64,000 nt of DNA from Paraspadella gotoi (GCA_051294375.1 CM119263.1:17942628-18006627); one strand, 5' to 3'. Numbered from the stretch's first letter, positions 28,601 through 41,725 are shown. A program made the numbers and translations. The notes: a model not told the origin generated them from the sequence alone.

Positions 28601-31048
28601 TATGCAAAAAAACGATGTCCGTCCATCCATCCCACCTTAGCAAAAAACACCAATTACTCGTGATTGGATGGATGAATTTGAAAGAAATTTTTTGTGCGAG
28701 TAGGGAAGTGTGTGTTTGAGCTGGATATAAAGTTTCGATGGAATCGTCCGAGTGGATGAAAGAACCCCCTCCTCGACCTAGCGGAGAGGGAGAAGACGTC
28801 GGGAGAGAAACTGGCCTGAAGACCGGGACCGCTGGCGCCATAAAGTTTATAAGTTTCTTATCCACTTGGAGTCTTGATATTTAATGGTACCTTAATAAAA
28901 TAATCAAAGCATATAGATATTCATACGAGTTGTAGATGATCGTCCGGACTTCACATGGAAATGAGTTTAAATGGAAAAAACAAAAAAATATATTTTACTA
29001 TTTGAACATTTCACTCATGAGTGGATGGGGCGACTGGTTCCAACCCAGGACCCGTTCCATAGCTGCTAGAGGGGGTTAAAGAAGTTACGGATAGTCATCC
29101 TCAGCCCCACTTAGCGCTTATCCACACTTTTTCTTTTTATTTATAAATGTAAATGCAAGATGTATTAATTAATCAAATAATTTATCAGTTAATTAATCAA
29201 TTAGTCAGTAGACACATTTTTTTCCGCAACAAATGGTCATAGAAACTTCGGAAAACCACCATTCGATTCGAAATAAAATTCTCTTTCGAATGATGTGCTA
29301 TATGATTAACTTATTTAAAGATTTTCGCTTGACCCAGCGGCGTCAAAGTTCCACATGCGTCAGATTTTCATTGATTTACGTATATTTTGAAACGTTAAAG
29401 GGATCTTATGTGATGTTTTTAATCATTATGGATTGAAATGAATGTAAAACTCCGATGTAGTTGTAGTTTTATAAAAATTAATAAAAAAGTATTAAGCAAA
29501 ATACGAAAGTGTAATTTTAATATTTTAAAACCAATTTATCTTCTCTCATGAAAGTGACGGCAAGAGGCAAACAATTCTTGCTTTGTTATTGTTAACTGAA
29601 TCTTTAAACTTGAAGTTCATAAGACACTTTGTTTGGCTTTGGGTGAGATGGACGATGTTCTTCAATGCCCTGAAGCATTGCTTCGTGTTGCGTTTTATTT
29701 ACGGGTTATTGAACCGTTGTAAATCACTTGCAAATTTAACCACCCTCTCCGCAGCATCATTGAGTGGCGAAAATCCATTTGCAAGCTTGCAGAATGAGTG
29801 GTAGTTGGCGTTATCATTCCATTCTTCCACAGGTTTCGACAAAAAAGATGGCTCAAAGTGACAAAGCTGTGTAATAAATTATAATTGTCATTGAAATTAA
29901 ATATAATTAAATATAAAATTATTGATAAAAATATTGCAAATGAACCTGAAAAAACAACCATGAATCAGCCGAAATGTAATCTTCTAATTTGCTGTTTTCA
30001 TATACGCGTGGTATTTCCGGCTTTCCCATTTCTACTTGGACCTTTTCAGAGCTCAAGAGGGCTTCAGCCATCGCCATTCTAGTTCAGATATTCGGTATGT
30101 AAATCAATCTTAGTGCAGCATGGGCCCCATCGCGATCCCTTGATCGCCACGCCATTAGCAAAAGTATGACGCCGTCCAATAAGGCGCAGTTTTGAACTGG
30201 CTATAAGGGGACAGTTTCAACTGCGCCCTCTTTCTGTTCACGAAAACTGTCTTTTTTCCCTCTGTTTTGGGGAATCCCCACCACTATTTTTTACGGGGAT
30301 TACTGTTTGAAGCATTCTGCCTTATCCACGGCGGGGAATCCCCGCCACTATTTTTGATGGGGATTGACGTTTGAAGCCCTGTCCCCGCCGTGAATCATCA
30401 TCATGGGCAGTCCTTATTATAAAAATATTTTAACTAAAAAGATAAGAAACCTTAACAATCCTAATTTAAAATAAATAATTTATTTGCATTTAGATTCATT
30501 CCTAAACCCTCTATTTTATATCCTCTCTCTCTCTCGGTCTACCTCTCTCTTTTTATTTTTCTATTTTCATCTCTTTCTCTCTCTCTCTCACTCTCTTTCA
30601 ATCTATATCTCTCTCTCTCTCTCTTTCAATCTGTATCTCTCTCTTTTTCTCACTCTATTTCTTTTTTTTCTATTTTTATCTCTCTCTCACTTTCTCTCTT
30701 TGTCTCTTTTCTACCTGTCTCTCTTTTTTTTTTTTCATAAATCTCCTCTCTCTCTGTCTCTGTCTCTCTTTCTCTCTGTCTCTCTCTCTATCTCTCTGTT
30801 CTCTCTTTGTATCTCTATCTCTATACTATATTGTGTTCTTTCTTTCTTCTTTAATTATCTTTTTTTTTTTCTTTTTCTTTTTTTTTTCCTATATTTTTTC
30901 TTTCTTTTTTTTTATTATTTTTTCTGTCATTAATATTTTCTGTAGTGATTAAAATATATTAAAAGAAAGCAAAGAAAAATTCAAATCTGTGACCCTCATT
31001 GTTATCGCTATTGAGATACCTTTAAGCCCAAAAAAACAAAGAACGTTT

Positions 31049-31089
<41 letters not shown>

Positions 31090-34003
31090 TGGGCCATTTC
31101 TTCTCGTCCCCGTCGAGAATTGGGGCGGGGATTTGCCGGGAATGATATCCCCGGCGAAGACCGCCGCAGGGCGTAGTTGCGGTGAACTTATAGTTATCTT
31201 CCCCGAAACTGCGCAAAGTTTAACAGTTTAAACTGCGAAGATATGGCCCGCGTAATATCTCGCCATTAGATCTTCATGAAGGGAGAGTAAGGAATGGAGC
31301 ATCCGCCATGAATGGACAGCAGAACCAGTAATAAAAATGAATGTACAAAATGTAATAAGACATCACCAAGACATCCATTTTCTGCTGGTGAATCAAAACG
31401 AAAAAATCACCAACGATCAGCATTTTGAGAATGTAGAGGCAGCTACCCATCCAACGGGCGTGATTTATCGTGCTAAGCCTTTTTTTCATGGGAAGTTGAG
31501 CTTCTTTGCCGATAAGGAACTGAGAAGAAAAGAGACAAGATCAACTGACTTCATATTAATTTATTATGAGTGTGCTTTTGGCAATATAATGATAATTGAT
31601 TTCTAAAATCTAAATAAATCTGCAAACTACAAAGCATTTTGTGCATAATTATTTATCTAATTTTACTCTATTCGTATTCTACTAAAAATATGACATTGTA
31701 ACCTTTTTCCTTAGTTTTTTGTCTGAAAAAGATAAATTCTAGAGCTACGACATTAGCAGTCTCGTTTTATCTCGTTGGTTTTTAGGCTGAGTGTAAAAAA
31801 TGTCAAAGAACCGTTCCAATACTGCTGCCCTCTTTGGTGTGGTTTTGCCGGCGGTGGTCAGAAGTCGCTAAGCGCTTGCAAATACCAAATTCGGGAAACA
31901 GAGGAAACTCTGCCCTGTAGCAGAACGAGTGTTCATGATTAATGGACTGTCTGTAAAAAAGATTATTCTTAATAAATTAAACAAAAATAACTATCTATCA
32001 GTCACAGAAATTTAATAATTAACTAAATTATATCGAAAAATGATAAATATTGTAACTGAAAAAGAGTTCCAATTTGCATGTTGTGATCTAGTTGCTTTCA
32101 ACTCGCCTGGGTCAAGCGAAATATTTTAGAAATGAATTAAATTATATACCAAACGAAAGAGAATTTTATTTCGAATCGAATGGTGGTTTCGAAGTTTCTA
32201 TGACCATTTGTTGCGGAAAAAAATGTGTCTATTAGTCAGTTAATTAATAATTAATTAATCAGTCAATTAATCAATCAAAACAAAGATTTCGGATCAAATT
32301 AATTAATTAATTGCCTAATTAAATAATTAACTTGAATAAATTATTAATTAAATAACTTGAATTAATTATTAATTAATTAATTACCGATAATGATCGGGGC
32401 AGATCGGACATTGTTTGCTCAAACTTGTTCTTATTCAATATTTATCAAAATTTATAATTATATTTTTGTTGATACACAGGTCTCCAAGAGTTAAGTCATT
32501 GGTGTTATGCAACACTTTCAATGACACAACGGTATTTGGATTTACTTCTACTGCAAATACGTAAGTGAAGATAATATAATGAAAATTGCAAAATTACTTG
32601 TTTGACCATTTTAAGTTTTAGATTTTAAAATATTCATTAGAATTATTCATTACAAATTGTATATTTTTTATATTTATTATTACATTTTTATTAATATTGT
32701 TTTTTGATCAACTAAATTAAAAAAAAATTATATTATTAAATTTAATGGGAGATGGTTGTTAGTGTTGTCTTCTGGAAATAAAGGGAGCATCTATTCTATA
32801 CAACACAAGGTTATATTACATCCTGCCCTAGTATTCTAAATAGATAATGTTATAATTGATAATACATTCTTAAATTTTGAAAAACCCACGAATTGTCAAT
32901 AGGTGAATATTTAAATGACTAGTATAGCGGTAGTAAAAAACAATTAAGAAAATAAAAGTTAATAAATGACCCCCCCAAAATCTTTGTTTGAATAAATTAC
33001 AACCTTTTTAAATGGTAAATAACTATTGACTAGATTCTGGATGATGCCAAGCGTCGTTCTCAAGAAAATGGTCATATCCGGGTTTGAAAAGAAGGAGGTC
33101 GATGTGGAAATAGCTGATGCAATTGACTTTATGGTTGAAAAGGTAATAATAATAGGACTTTGATTAGGTTATACAATTTTTATATTGTTGTTTTTCTTTC
33201 TTTTCGTTGGTTGAGTTTAATAAGAGAAATATTGATTTTTCACAACGAATTTTAATTCACATTGTTAGATATGTTTCTAATTGTATTTCTATTCATCATC
33301 AGTGTAAAAAGGTTTTATGGATCACAAGTTTATCAATGCTAAAAATGAGTTTGAGAGAAAGAGAGAGAGAGAGATAAAGCTTCCAACAAAGAATTGAGTG
33401 TTACAGGAGAGAAAAGAAAATGAAAAGTTAGGGGGGGAAAGGCAACACAGAAATTAAAATTTTTTATTGTAGCAATCGCTTTGCATTTGTGACGATATTG
33501 CTGTGGTTTTGCACATAAGTGGCGTCGTCGTCGTCTTTCCAAATTATAGATCGCCTTTTTGATGATTAAATTTGGGTGTATGAAGCTGTAAATTTCTATA
33601 CAGCTTCTCATCATCGATGTCCTTAAAATTGAATCAGGACAGTTATTAAATATGTTTTGTTTACGTTTTATCAAAACAAACAAATTTTCTCTTTTATTTT
33701 TATATTTCTTTCTCTCTCTCTTTTCTCTTTTAATCATATGTATCTCTCCCTCTCTCTTTTCCCTAGTCACTGATTCATAGGGAAAAAAACGAGTCTGCAG
33801 CTGGCTCTGCGGGGGCTTATTCTTTTTCTCTTTTCTCCAGCTGCTTCTGCAGCTGCATTTTGATTTCTTTCTCTACAGCTGGCTCTGCAGGGGCTCTTTC
33901 TTTTTCTCTCTTTTCTCCTGCTGCTTCTTCTTGCTACCTTTTGATTTTTTTTTTCCGATTGCCTCTGCTGCTGCCGCTGCTGATTTGTCCGAAAACGATT
34001 AGG

Positions 34004-34040
<37 letters not shown>

Positions 34041-37000
34041 GCGTTTTTATTAAAAAAAAATTGAATTAGGATTGAACTCATAAAATTAGGCATCACATTC
34101 GTGCATGTTATCATTTTGCTATCGCAACATCGGGTTTTTATTTCGTTTTATTTCTCTTTCTCTCTCTGCAATTGCGACGATCCTTATACTTTTAAGATTT
34201 TTTTTACACTGATGATGAATAGAAATACTATTCGAAACATTTCTGTAATCAATATAATCAATATTTCTCTTATTAAATTTTTATATTTAAAAAAATTTTA
34301 GCTTGATGGGTTGTCGCAAGAAATTCTAGCTTCCCGCTTAACGCTCAATTGTTTAAACAATTACGTGGAGCCTCAAAGAATACACAATCAAAACGTTCCT
34401 GTCACAATTATTGATGTAAGTTGTTTTCATACAAATAATTTTAAAAAATTATACTACAGAAGGCCTCATTTTAGAAAATACTCTCCCGTTTTTTTGAACC
34501 GAGAATCGGTTCCGACCAAACGCCAAGACTACAAGAAGTTTGATGAAATTTTGTATGAACTAATTTTAGGTCAATGGAAATGGTACTATCGAGGGTATTT
34601 TTGAAATTTGACCCATGACCCGAGATATGGGGCCTGAAGGAGTCAGCCCAGGTGGGCAAAAAATGGTCAAATTTATTTTTAAATATAATTTTTTATCCTG
34701 ACCAGTTGCAGAAACGTTTACTTGTTAAAAAAATTACATTTATATTTCATTATAGGAAACAAGTTTGAGCAAACAATGCCGAATCTGCCCACTAGATCGT
34801 AGTGAAAGTTACATACAAAAATTCTAAATGTTAATTATGAACAACATGCCATCAGTGAACATTAATTTGTAAAAAAAATTAATTTTGTTCTTCAATTTTC
34901 GTAGTAAGCTATAATTATATAATATATATATAATATATAAAGTATTATGCTTATAAAATCGAAAAATTTCAAAATAGGCTTTTCTTAATTTTGATTGCAG
35001 ATTTGAATTCTCCGTCAAAAGTTGATAAAAGAAAATATAAATCATTTTTAAAAATTCTTTCATTCATTCTTTCATATTTAATTTATAAAATTTAAATTTT
35101 CACCTTAAAATAGTTTTTTTATAGTTGATCAACTTAATGAAAAAAATTTTTAAAAAGTTCTAATTCTTTGTATGATACAATGAAAAATGGTGTAACGTTA
35201 CGGTTCCATGCATAAAAAAAATCACTGTTCAATATTATTATTTTTTATTTTTTGAAACGTTTCATATGTTATACAAAATATCAATGCAAAATCTTTTTTT
35301 GTTTTTTAGATATGACTGAATATAGGGTGAAAGATGATAAATTTCTTTAAAAAGTTACTTATTCATATTTATTCATAGAATTGTAATAGACAAAAAAATA
35401 ATAGTACTAATAGTTAGTGTTATGTCTCAAATAGATGAAAAAAAACCTCATTTAAAAATTAGATCGGGAAGTAGGGTAACTAAGGCTTACCAATGGCATC
35501 CTCCACGCCGATTGTTCTTTCAAATCATTTTTTTTATTTAATACATTTGAAAGGGGAAAAAAGAAAATTCGAAATGCAGGTTGCAGTAAGGGTACAGATA
35601 ATCTGGACATACTGACATGATAACGATGACCTTTTATATCTTGTAAAATGGGGACAGTAAAGAAATCTAAAAAATTCGATCATTAAGTCGGTCAATGAAC
35701 CCTTTCCAATGGGCTATTACGAGAAATATTTTTGGATAAAAATGGATGATAAATAATAGAATTAAATTCCTTGCTATGTTTAAAAGAAAATTATCAATAC
35801 AATATAACACAATGTCTTGCTTTGTCAAATATGTTGCCAGCTATGTATTTTTTTAAAATTTTATTATGATAAACAAGCAGTGTGTCAAGCTTATGGTTTG
35901 CAGTTAAAGATAATGAAAAATGACCAATTTTTTTCACAGACAAGAAGGTAGACGTCCAGAGTGTTTATATCAAGCTGAAAACATTTTTATATTTATCATT
36001 TTTCCTATTTGAAAAGACATTTTAACAATCTACTACATAGATTTTTGCTTGTTTTTTGCTGAAAAATATAAGCAATTTATGGAATAGAGAAAATTTAATG
36101 GTAATCAAAATTTAATTCAGTCCTTCCTTTTTCAAATTACAAAAGAAAAACAAAAAAATTCATATGCCGTCATTGAAATTTTTAATACAAAAAAATTTAA
36201 TAAAACTATTTTAGAAAGGTGTCCCATGAATATGGATTTAATTTGATACCACACCAACCTATTTTCTTTCAAAAATTATTCAAGAAAATAACTTTTTTTT
36301 TACCATTAAAGAACTAAGGATTTGAACTACGCAGTACAAATCTTTGTTAAATAAAAATTTCGGCAAAGCGGGAGTATCAGCACGAGACAGTTTCGCCACG
36401 TTATTTTTCATTGTCCTATTGTGTATTGATTATACTGCAGGTATTTGACGAGGCGGCCCTCTCTAACGCAGTCAGCAACGAGATGTATAAATGTTATCCA
36501 GATGCTCGACTCGCTCATCTCAAGTCTGGTGGAAATTTTCCTTTTCTCAGTCGAAGCGCCGAAGTCAACATTCACATCCGGGTTATTGGCGCGAAAAGTT
36601 TACAAATAATAAATAACTATGAAACTCGACTAGTTTCGACTTCTTTCATACCTACCACAGATTCATTTGCAAGAATTCGTCAACACAAGATACGCTCCTT
36701 TCTTGCCTTCTTCTCCCGCCCACGTGACTCTGGACACCTTTCCCACGACGACGTACCCCGAAGGAACGAGCCGTGAACAAATGAATTTACTTGTGTCGCC
36801 GGGTGAGGGCGTCTTTATCCTAACTATACGTATATAATTATATATATATTATACGTTTATAATTATGCATTTAGATCATTTAGCTTCATTTAAATTTTAA
36901 AAAAAATTGGTGATTATTAATATTATGACATTCTAATTTTTTTTGTAGGAACCTGCTCGTTTATACGCGGGGCACAGGTACTAAATACGTATGAAATAAT

Positions 37001-37417
37001 TTTTAAACATAATTTCTACATCGTTTGTTTCCTTTCGTTTCGTTTAATTAATAGAAGACGTTTTTAATTTGTGTCAACAACAATTTTATTACAGTTTTCG
37101 TAATTGTTCGGTCGTTAGTTTTCTAAATATTTGTTTTTCAGTCGTCGGATGTGCCGGAAAAAAATTTAGACGAGTTGGACTTGATGATGAAGGAAATAAA
37201 CGAGAGTTCCGAAGCAAAAGAGGATGACAATGACTCTATGATCGTAAGCCACGACATAGTCCCCACGGAAAATAAGACCAGAAACAATGCCCACCAAGGC
37301 AATCTTGGCGATCCTGATCTCGTCTTGTCCGAACACGACGGGAACAGCGCGGAAAACCTGGTGGAAGGACAAATTCAAACTTATATCGACGAGACGCCTA
37401 GGATTCCTATTTTTTGA
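13647..37417 (+). CDS. SPG21: Maspardin (SPG21/ACP33), alpha/beta-hydrolase fold, with predicted acidic C-terminal extension
   Basis: Exons 13647-13724, 13789-13950, 27973-28118, 32480-32560, 33034-33142, 34302-34415, 36441-36581, 36661-36802, then 36949-36977 and 37142-37417 (TGA), all GT-AG and in phase. Peptides [94 protein letters not shown] match maspardin. The last two exons are less certain. Confidence 0.95.
15480..20710 (+). mobile_element. DIRS-type tyrosine-recombinase retrotransposon, heavily frameshifted, in maspardin intron 2
   Basis: GC-rich island. RT fragments [45 protein letters not shown]; RNase H fragments EVTTDA..GFGA..GTW..HIN and EENLIA; methyltransferase-like [20 protein letters not shown] and PFWPKPKW; recombinase-region [21 protein letters not shown]. 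Inverted termini: AGATACTAGCTCAGTGAAAGCGAAC at 15640-15664 is the exact reverse complement of 20552-20576, with patchy similarity over about 200 bp. Outer ends are approximate. Confidence 0.85.
24255..25082. repeat. ~18-bp satellite (AAAAAATTATGCAAGTTG)n, about 45 copies
   Basis: Direct reading. It follows a family C terminus at about 24030; the same unit appears at about 45295-45330 and about 60560-60593, immediately before the gap. Confidence 0.95.
25381..26224. mobile_element. Penelope-like fold-back: ~350-bp inverted arms with hammerhead-like motifs at the outer ends
   Basis: Arm about 25381-25732 is the reverse complement of about 25874-26224, with a ~140-bp spacer. Motifs CTGATGAAGAACGGAAACATGTTCGAAACATGTT (minus, about 25412-25444) and CTGATGAAGAATGGAAACACGTTCAAAACATGTC (26154-26187). 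Confidence 0.8.
26722..27530. repeat. 22-bp satellite (CATCAATGAATGACTATCATCG)n, about 35 copies
   Basis: Direct reading; head-to-tail units with no spacers. Confidence 0.95.
27540..27842. repeat. 22-bp AT-rich satellite (TCAATTATTATTATTATATTAA)n, about 13 copies
   Basis: Direct reading; abuts the previous array and the family C terminus at about 27870-27910. Confidence 0.92.
29209..32231 (-). mobile_element. hAT-superfamily DNA transposon, internally deleted, with transposase remnants
   Basis: ~130-bp TIRs starting TAGACACATTTTTTTCCGCAACAAATGGTCATAGAAACTTCG; 8-bp TSD TTAGTCAG at 29201-29208 and 32232-32239. Minus-strand peptides [83 protein letters not shown]. Confidence 0.85.
30159..31260. 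mobile_element. Non-autonomous insertion with 9-bp TSD (Mutator-like by TSD length) inside the hAT transposase
   Basis: CGCCATTAG at 30150-30158 and 31261-31269. Degenerate inverted ends (AAGTATGACGCCGTCCAATAAGGCGCAGTTTTGAACTG versus AGATATTACGCGGGCCATATCTTCGCAGTTTAAACTG) around a (CT)n/(GA)n interior; the transposase frame DLMA-WRSRD rejoins across it. Confidence 0.75.
34204..34248 (+). ncRNA. Degenerate minimal hammerhead motif
   Basis: TTACA-CTGATGA-T-GAATAG-AAATA-CTATTC-GAAA-CATTTC-TGTAA: stems I and II pair, stem III carries G>T. Inverted partner at about 33265-33308. Confidence 0.6.
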
Positions 37418-37675
37418 TATTTTGCTAAATTTTGGTCTTTTTTTACCATATTATATTTATGGTATTGACGGAGTCCTCAAAATTGGGGAAGTCGAAGCTG
37501 CACTAAACTTTTTACCTGTTTGTTAACTACATAGATTTTCAAATGATTGATTTCCAAAATTTCGGTTGCTACTGCCGTCTTTCACTCTCTGGTACAAATA
37601 ATATCAACTCCTTCTAACTCATTTTGGTTTTTTTATTTGTTTGAAGTTCAAATGACGTTTTAAATCGGCCCTGCG

Positions 37676-38642
37676 CAAGTGATCCAAAAAAAAAATTAAA
37701 ACCAGATAAAAGCTACTTGAACATACGAGCATAAATACTTATTTAGTCTTTCCATAGTAATGCTACGAAGTTTAAGGTAAGATAAGTTTCCAAAAATGAT
37801 TCCTTCTCAAGTTATAAGCAAATCTTTATTTTGAGAGGTTTTTTTTACCCACATGGGTGAACGAGAAAAATTATTTGATTTTGTTATGGTATCAGCACTT
37901 TGTCTAGTTTAACAAATAAAAAAAAGATTTTCATAATATGTTACTATGTACTATGTACTATTATCTTGTAAGTGTGATGGAGGCCTTAAACCACCAAAGC
38001 CTGTCCAAAGTCAGGGACAAGATAGCTTATTTATTAAATGAATGGATAATTTTTATATTGGTTGTACCAATTTCATAAAAAACATAGTAAAAACTTATAG
38101 AATTTCAGCTGATTTCAATCAACTAAATTTAGTTCCTAATGATATATCTTTTCACTAATCATTTAACAATTTAATCTCATCCGCATTCGTCCACCATTTT
38201 GAGAAATCCAAAAATGCTTTTCATTCAAAAAATAATTAAAAAAATTCGATATTCTTAAAAAATTACTGATTTTTTTTGATCGATTTTCCGATTTTAATTT
38301 GCTTGGCGCACTTTTAAAAAGATTAAATTAAAAATTTTATATTTAGCAAACATACACCTATTATTTATAATATAAATATAAAAAAATATTAAGTTAGGTC
38401 AATTTCTTTTTAATATCAAAATTATAAATCAAAAGTCGTTCAACTACCATAAATAATTTCTTTAAGAACCAAATTTGTCGGTTAATGATTTTTTTCTCCA
38501 TATTTTTTAAAATCAATCTTAAACATTTAAAACTTTTCCAACAACCTCAGAGGACTTCTATGATAATCAGCATATGAGAAAAAGTTGTTTTTGCCAAAAA
38601 AGAGAGGTTTATCCGGAAATTTAGTCCATTTGGATCACTGTG
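37676..38642. mobile_element. Transib-like non-autonomous element
   Basis: Right end reads CACAGTGATCCAAA on the minus strand; left end CA-AGTGATCCAAA (1-nt loss); 5-bp TSD CTGCG at 37671-37675 and 38643-38647. Confidence 0.72.
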
Positions 38643-38830
38643 CTGCGGTTTGATAGTAGTTAGTTATTTTTTTTTAAACCAGCTTCTAAGTGAGAGTGTT
38701 ACTGACAGAATAATCTGCTGAAAAAAAATATTTCTATTTAAAAAGTTGACAATGAAACAATTTTCAAACTTATTACCAAAAACAAATTAAATTTTCAGCT
38801 TCCTTTCCTTCTCCTTCTTAAGGCTTAGTA

Positions 38831-41001
38831 TAGGCAGTGATTTCTATACGGGTATTTTCAACAATGAAATTGAAACTTATATAACTATTATTTATTTTTT
38901 TCCCACCGATTAATATAACACACGCTTTATTTAAAAAAACGGTTGGCTATAGTTATCTTCTCCTTATAACATAGAACTCACTGGGAGAATTTCTATGCTT
39001 TCAAAATACGGTAAGACATAATTTCTTTTACGTTAATCATTCTATTTATGGTATCTGCCCTTATTAAGAAGAAACTAAAACGATTTTTTATGGTAAGGGC
39101 ATATTTTAAAGATTAAATTGCTTGTCAGATCTATCGTGTTTTTAGATATTAGGCAAAAAAAACGGCACACTATATTTTAAAACTTTTTCCACTATTTTTT
39201 TTCTCTCTTTAACCTTCTCTCTGTCCCTCTCTTTTTCTCTCTTTCTCTCTATCTTTCTCTCCCTTTCTCCGACTTTTCTGTCATCATATTTCTCTGTGTC
39301 ATCCCTTCTTTTCTTCCTTTACCTTTATTTCCCTTCCTCTCTATCTCTGCTTATTAAGGCGTAGTGAAAGTTACATACGAAAATTCTAAAAGTCAATTAT
39401 GAATAACATACCATCAGTGACATTAATTTGTAAAAAAAATTAATTTTATGTTTTTTAATTTTCGCAGTAGGCTATATTTATATATAGTACTAACCTTATA
39501 AAATCGAAAAAATTCAAAATAGGCTTTTCTTAATTTTGATTGCAGATTTGAATTCCTCGTAAAAAGTTGATAGAAGAAAATATAAGTCATTTTTAAAAAA
39601 TTATTTCATTAAGTGGGTTAAAATTTAAAAAATATATTTAATATGGAAAAGTAAATTTTCAGCTTAAAATATAGTTTTTTCTCATTTTTGACCCACTTAA
39701 TGAAGGAATTTTTCAAAAAGAGTTATATTTCTTTTATCAACTTTTTATGACGAATCCAAATCTGCAAAAAAATCTTACAAAAAACTGTTTTGAAATTTTA
39801 ACATTTATTGGTTTAGTACTAGTATAAATATGGCCTACTGCAGGTAAATTGTAAAATTTATTATAAATTTTTTTTATTACATAAATGTTCATTAATATAA
39901 TGTTGTTCGTTCCTCACTTTTAGAATTTTAATTAAAGTTAAATTTAGAAAATTTACTACGCCTTACTGCTTATCTCTCCCTCTCTGATTCTCTTTCTTCC
40001 TCTTTCTTATCTTTTCTTTTCTCCTAATTGTTCTCATTCTCCCCCTTCTCCCCATATAATAATTTCCTTCCACTCTTTTTCTCTCTCCCTGAAACTTTTT
40101 TTTCACCCATGCTCTCTCTTCTCTTCTCTATTTCTCATTTTCACTCATTTTTTGCATTTATATCATACTAGACGTATAAACATCTTTAAAATGTATTGTA
40201 AGAAAAAAAATATTGGCTAGCATATGATTTTATTCAAAGTTTGGTTGCCTAGCAGATTTAAAAAATCGACAGAATTTTGCGGAAATTTTTTCCGCAAAAA
40301 CCTGTCGATTGAGAGAAATTAATTTACTGACGCTTCCCCTTACATTAAAAGAAGGCGGTTTTTTTAAATTTTTTCACCTTAGTGTGTTTCTCATCTATTA
40401 AAACTATAAAATAAGTTAAAAATCGAGCTTTAGTTCAAATAAAACGCTCCTCACAAATCCTCACAAATTAAAAGTAGGCTTAAAAATTATTTTGCAGCAA
40501 AAGTATTACATTTTTTGACATAATTTTTTAGGTACCAGAAGCACCGTTGATGGGGAATATTTGATCATAATTGTGGACATTTTGAAGTATTTTCGTTTAA
40601 CAAATTGTACTAAAATATAAAAATGTAAGTTTTTCACTAGTCAATTTAAAAATTAATTCATAGACAAACAATAGATGATCAATGTCAAATGAAACAACTA
40701 AGAGGTAAAGAAGATAAGAAGGACCCGAAATCCGGAGTAAAAAATTTTTCTTCAACTATCTTGACGTTCAAATGTCAAGACAAAAGTCAAAATGGACAAA
40801 AATGGACATAATTTTTTTTATTAAAAGTAGCAAAAATGGTATTTATTCCTGATTAGAAAATGCAGCAGATGACTTGAATTAATCCGTAGTCCAGCCCCCT
40901 TTGTCTTAGGATTCAAATTTAATCAATATTGTTGGTAATATTCTAGCAATATGGCAAAAAGTAGTTTTTTTGCTGAATTCCTCGATAGAAATCACTGCCT
41001 A
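38831..41001. mobile_element. TIR element with TA (or TATA) target duplication
   Basis: TAGGCAGTGATTTCTAT at 38831-38847 and its reverse complement at 40985-41001, each flanked by TA; non-coding, CT-rich interior. Confidence 0.65.
39355..39965. mobile_element. hAT-type MITE with long imperfect TIRs
   Basis: Ends TAAGGCGTAGT / ACTACGCCTTA; 8-bp TSD CTGCTTAT at 39347-39354 and 39966-39973; arms about 270 bp; truncated relative at about 34798-35160. Confidence 0.82.
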
Positions 41002-41725
41002 TAGGACTTCTGTCTTCATTTTACTTTTAGAGACTGGTGGTTTTTCGTTAGTTTTCGTTGTTTTATACTATATTTTATATTATTGCGCAAACTTAGACTC
41101 GACGCTAGAGGGAAAACAAAATTAAATGGATTAACAAAGCACCGAGTGGTAGCTAAAGTTGGTTGCGGACGTCGAATAGTATGTTTGAATTGTTTGCGTA
41201 CAAGTTTTATTTAAAAATATAAATTTCAGACATGTTTTGGCTTCATAAGCTTCATAAGCGCAAAAACAATTCATATTTCCACAGATTTTGAAGTTTGAAG
41301 AAAGAGAAAGTCTGTTAAAATATTTGTTTTACAAGTCAATTTGTTTTTGCGCTTACATTGAAGCCGAAACAAGTTAACAAGTAACTTTTGCGGCGCCGTT
41401 GGTCTCGGGGTCTTCAGTCCGTTTGAGACTTTACGTCTTCTTCCGTCTACCCCCCCCCCCTGGGTCCTGGAGGAGTTTCTTCACAAATTTTCTTAACGTT
41501 AACATTGTTTCATAGTTAATTGTTAAGTATATTATAAACATAAAATAGGACGCGAATCAGTCTTCGAGGCTAAAGTCACTTGTCTTCAATTGTAAAAATC
41601 GGTCTTTACTATTAACGTATAGAAAATCTTAAAAAACATTTTTTCCCTTCCACCATTAAAATCAGACAAAACAATTTTTCTCGCGTGAATAAAAACAGAA
41701 GATCATTCCATGAAAAAAGATTGAT

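Larger units (their letters stand above)
28486..32429 (+). mobile_element. Family A Helentron-like copy interrupted by a hAT element
   Basis: 5' hairpin GTCGTATCTGCTTTTAAGCAGATCCCGAC at about 28488-28516 and 3' end GCAGATCGGACATTGTTTGCTCAAACTTGTT at about 32399-32429. The TTAATTAATC-rich tract is split at 29209 and resumes at 32232. Confidence 0.7.

Noticed and set aside
30484-30933. 149-aa hydrophobic ORF and similar LSLS/ERER ORFs (6047, 21376, 33767, 53496, 53939)
   Set aside because: Products of (CT)n/(GA)n microsatellites or antisense shadows of real exons.
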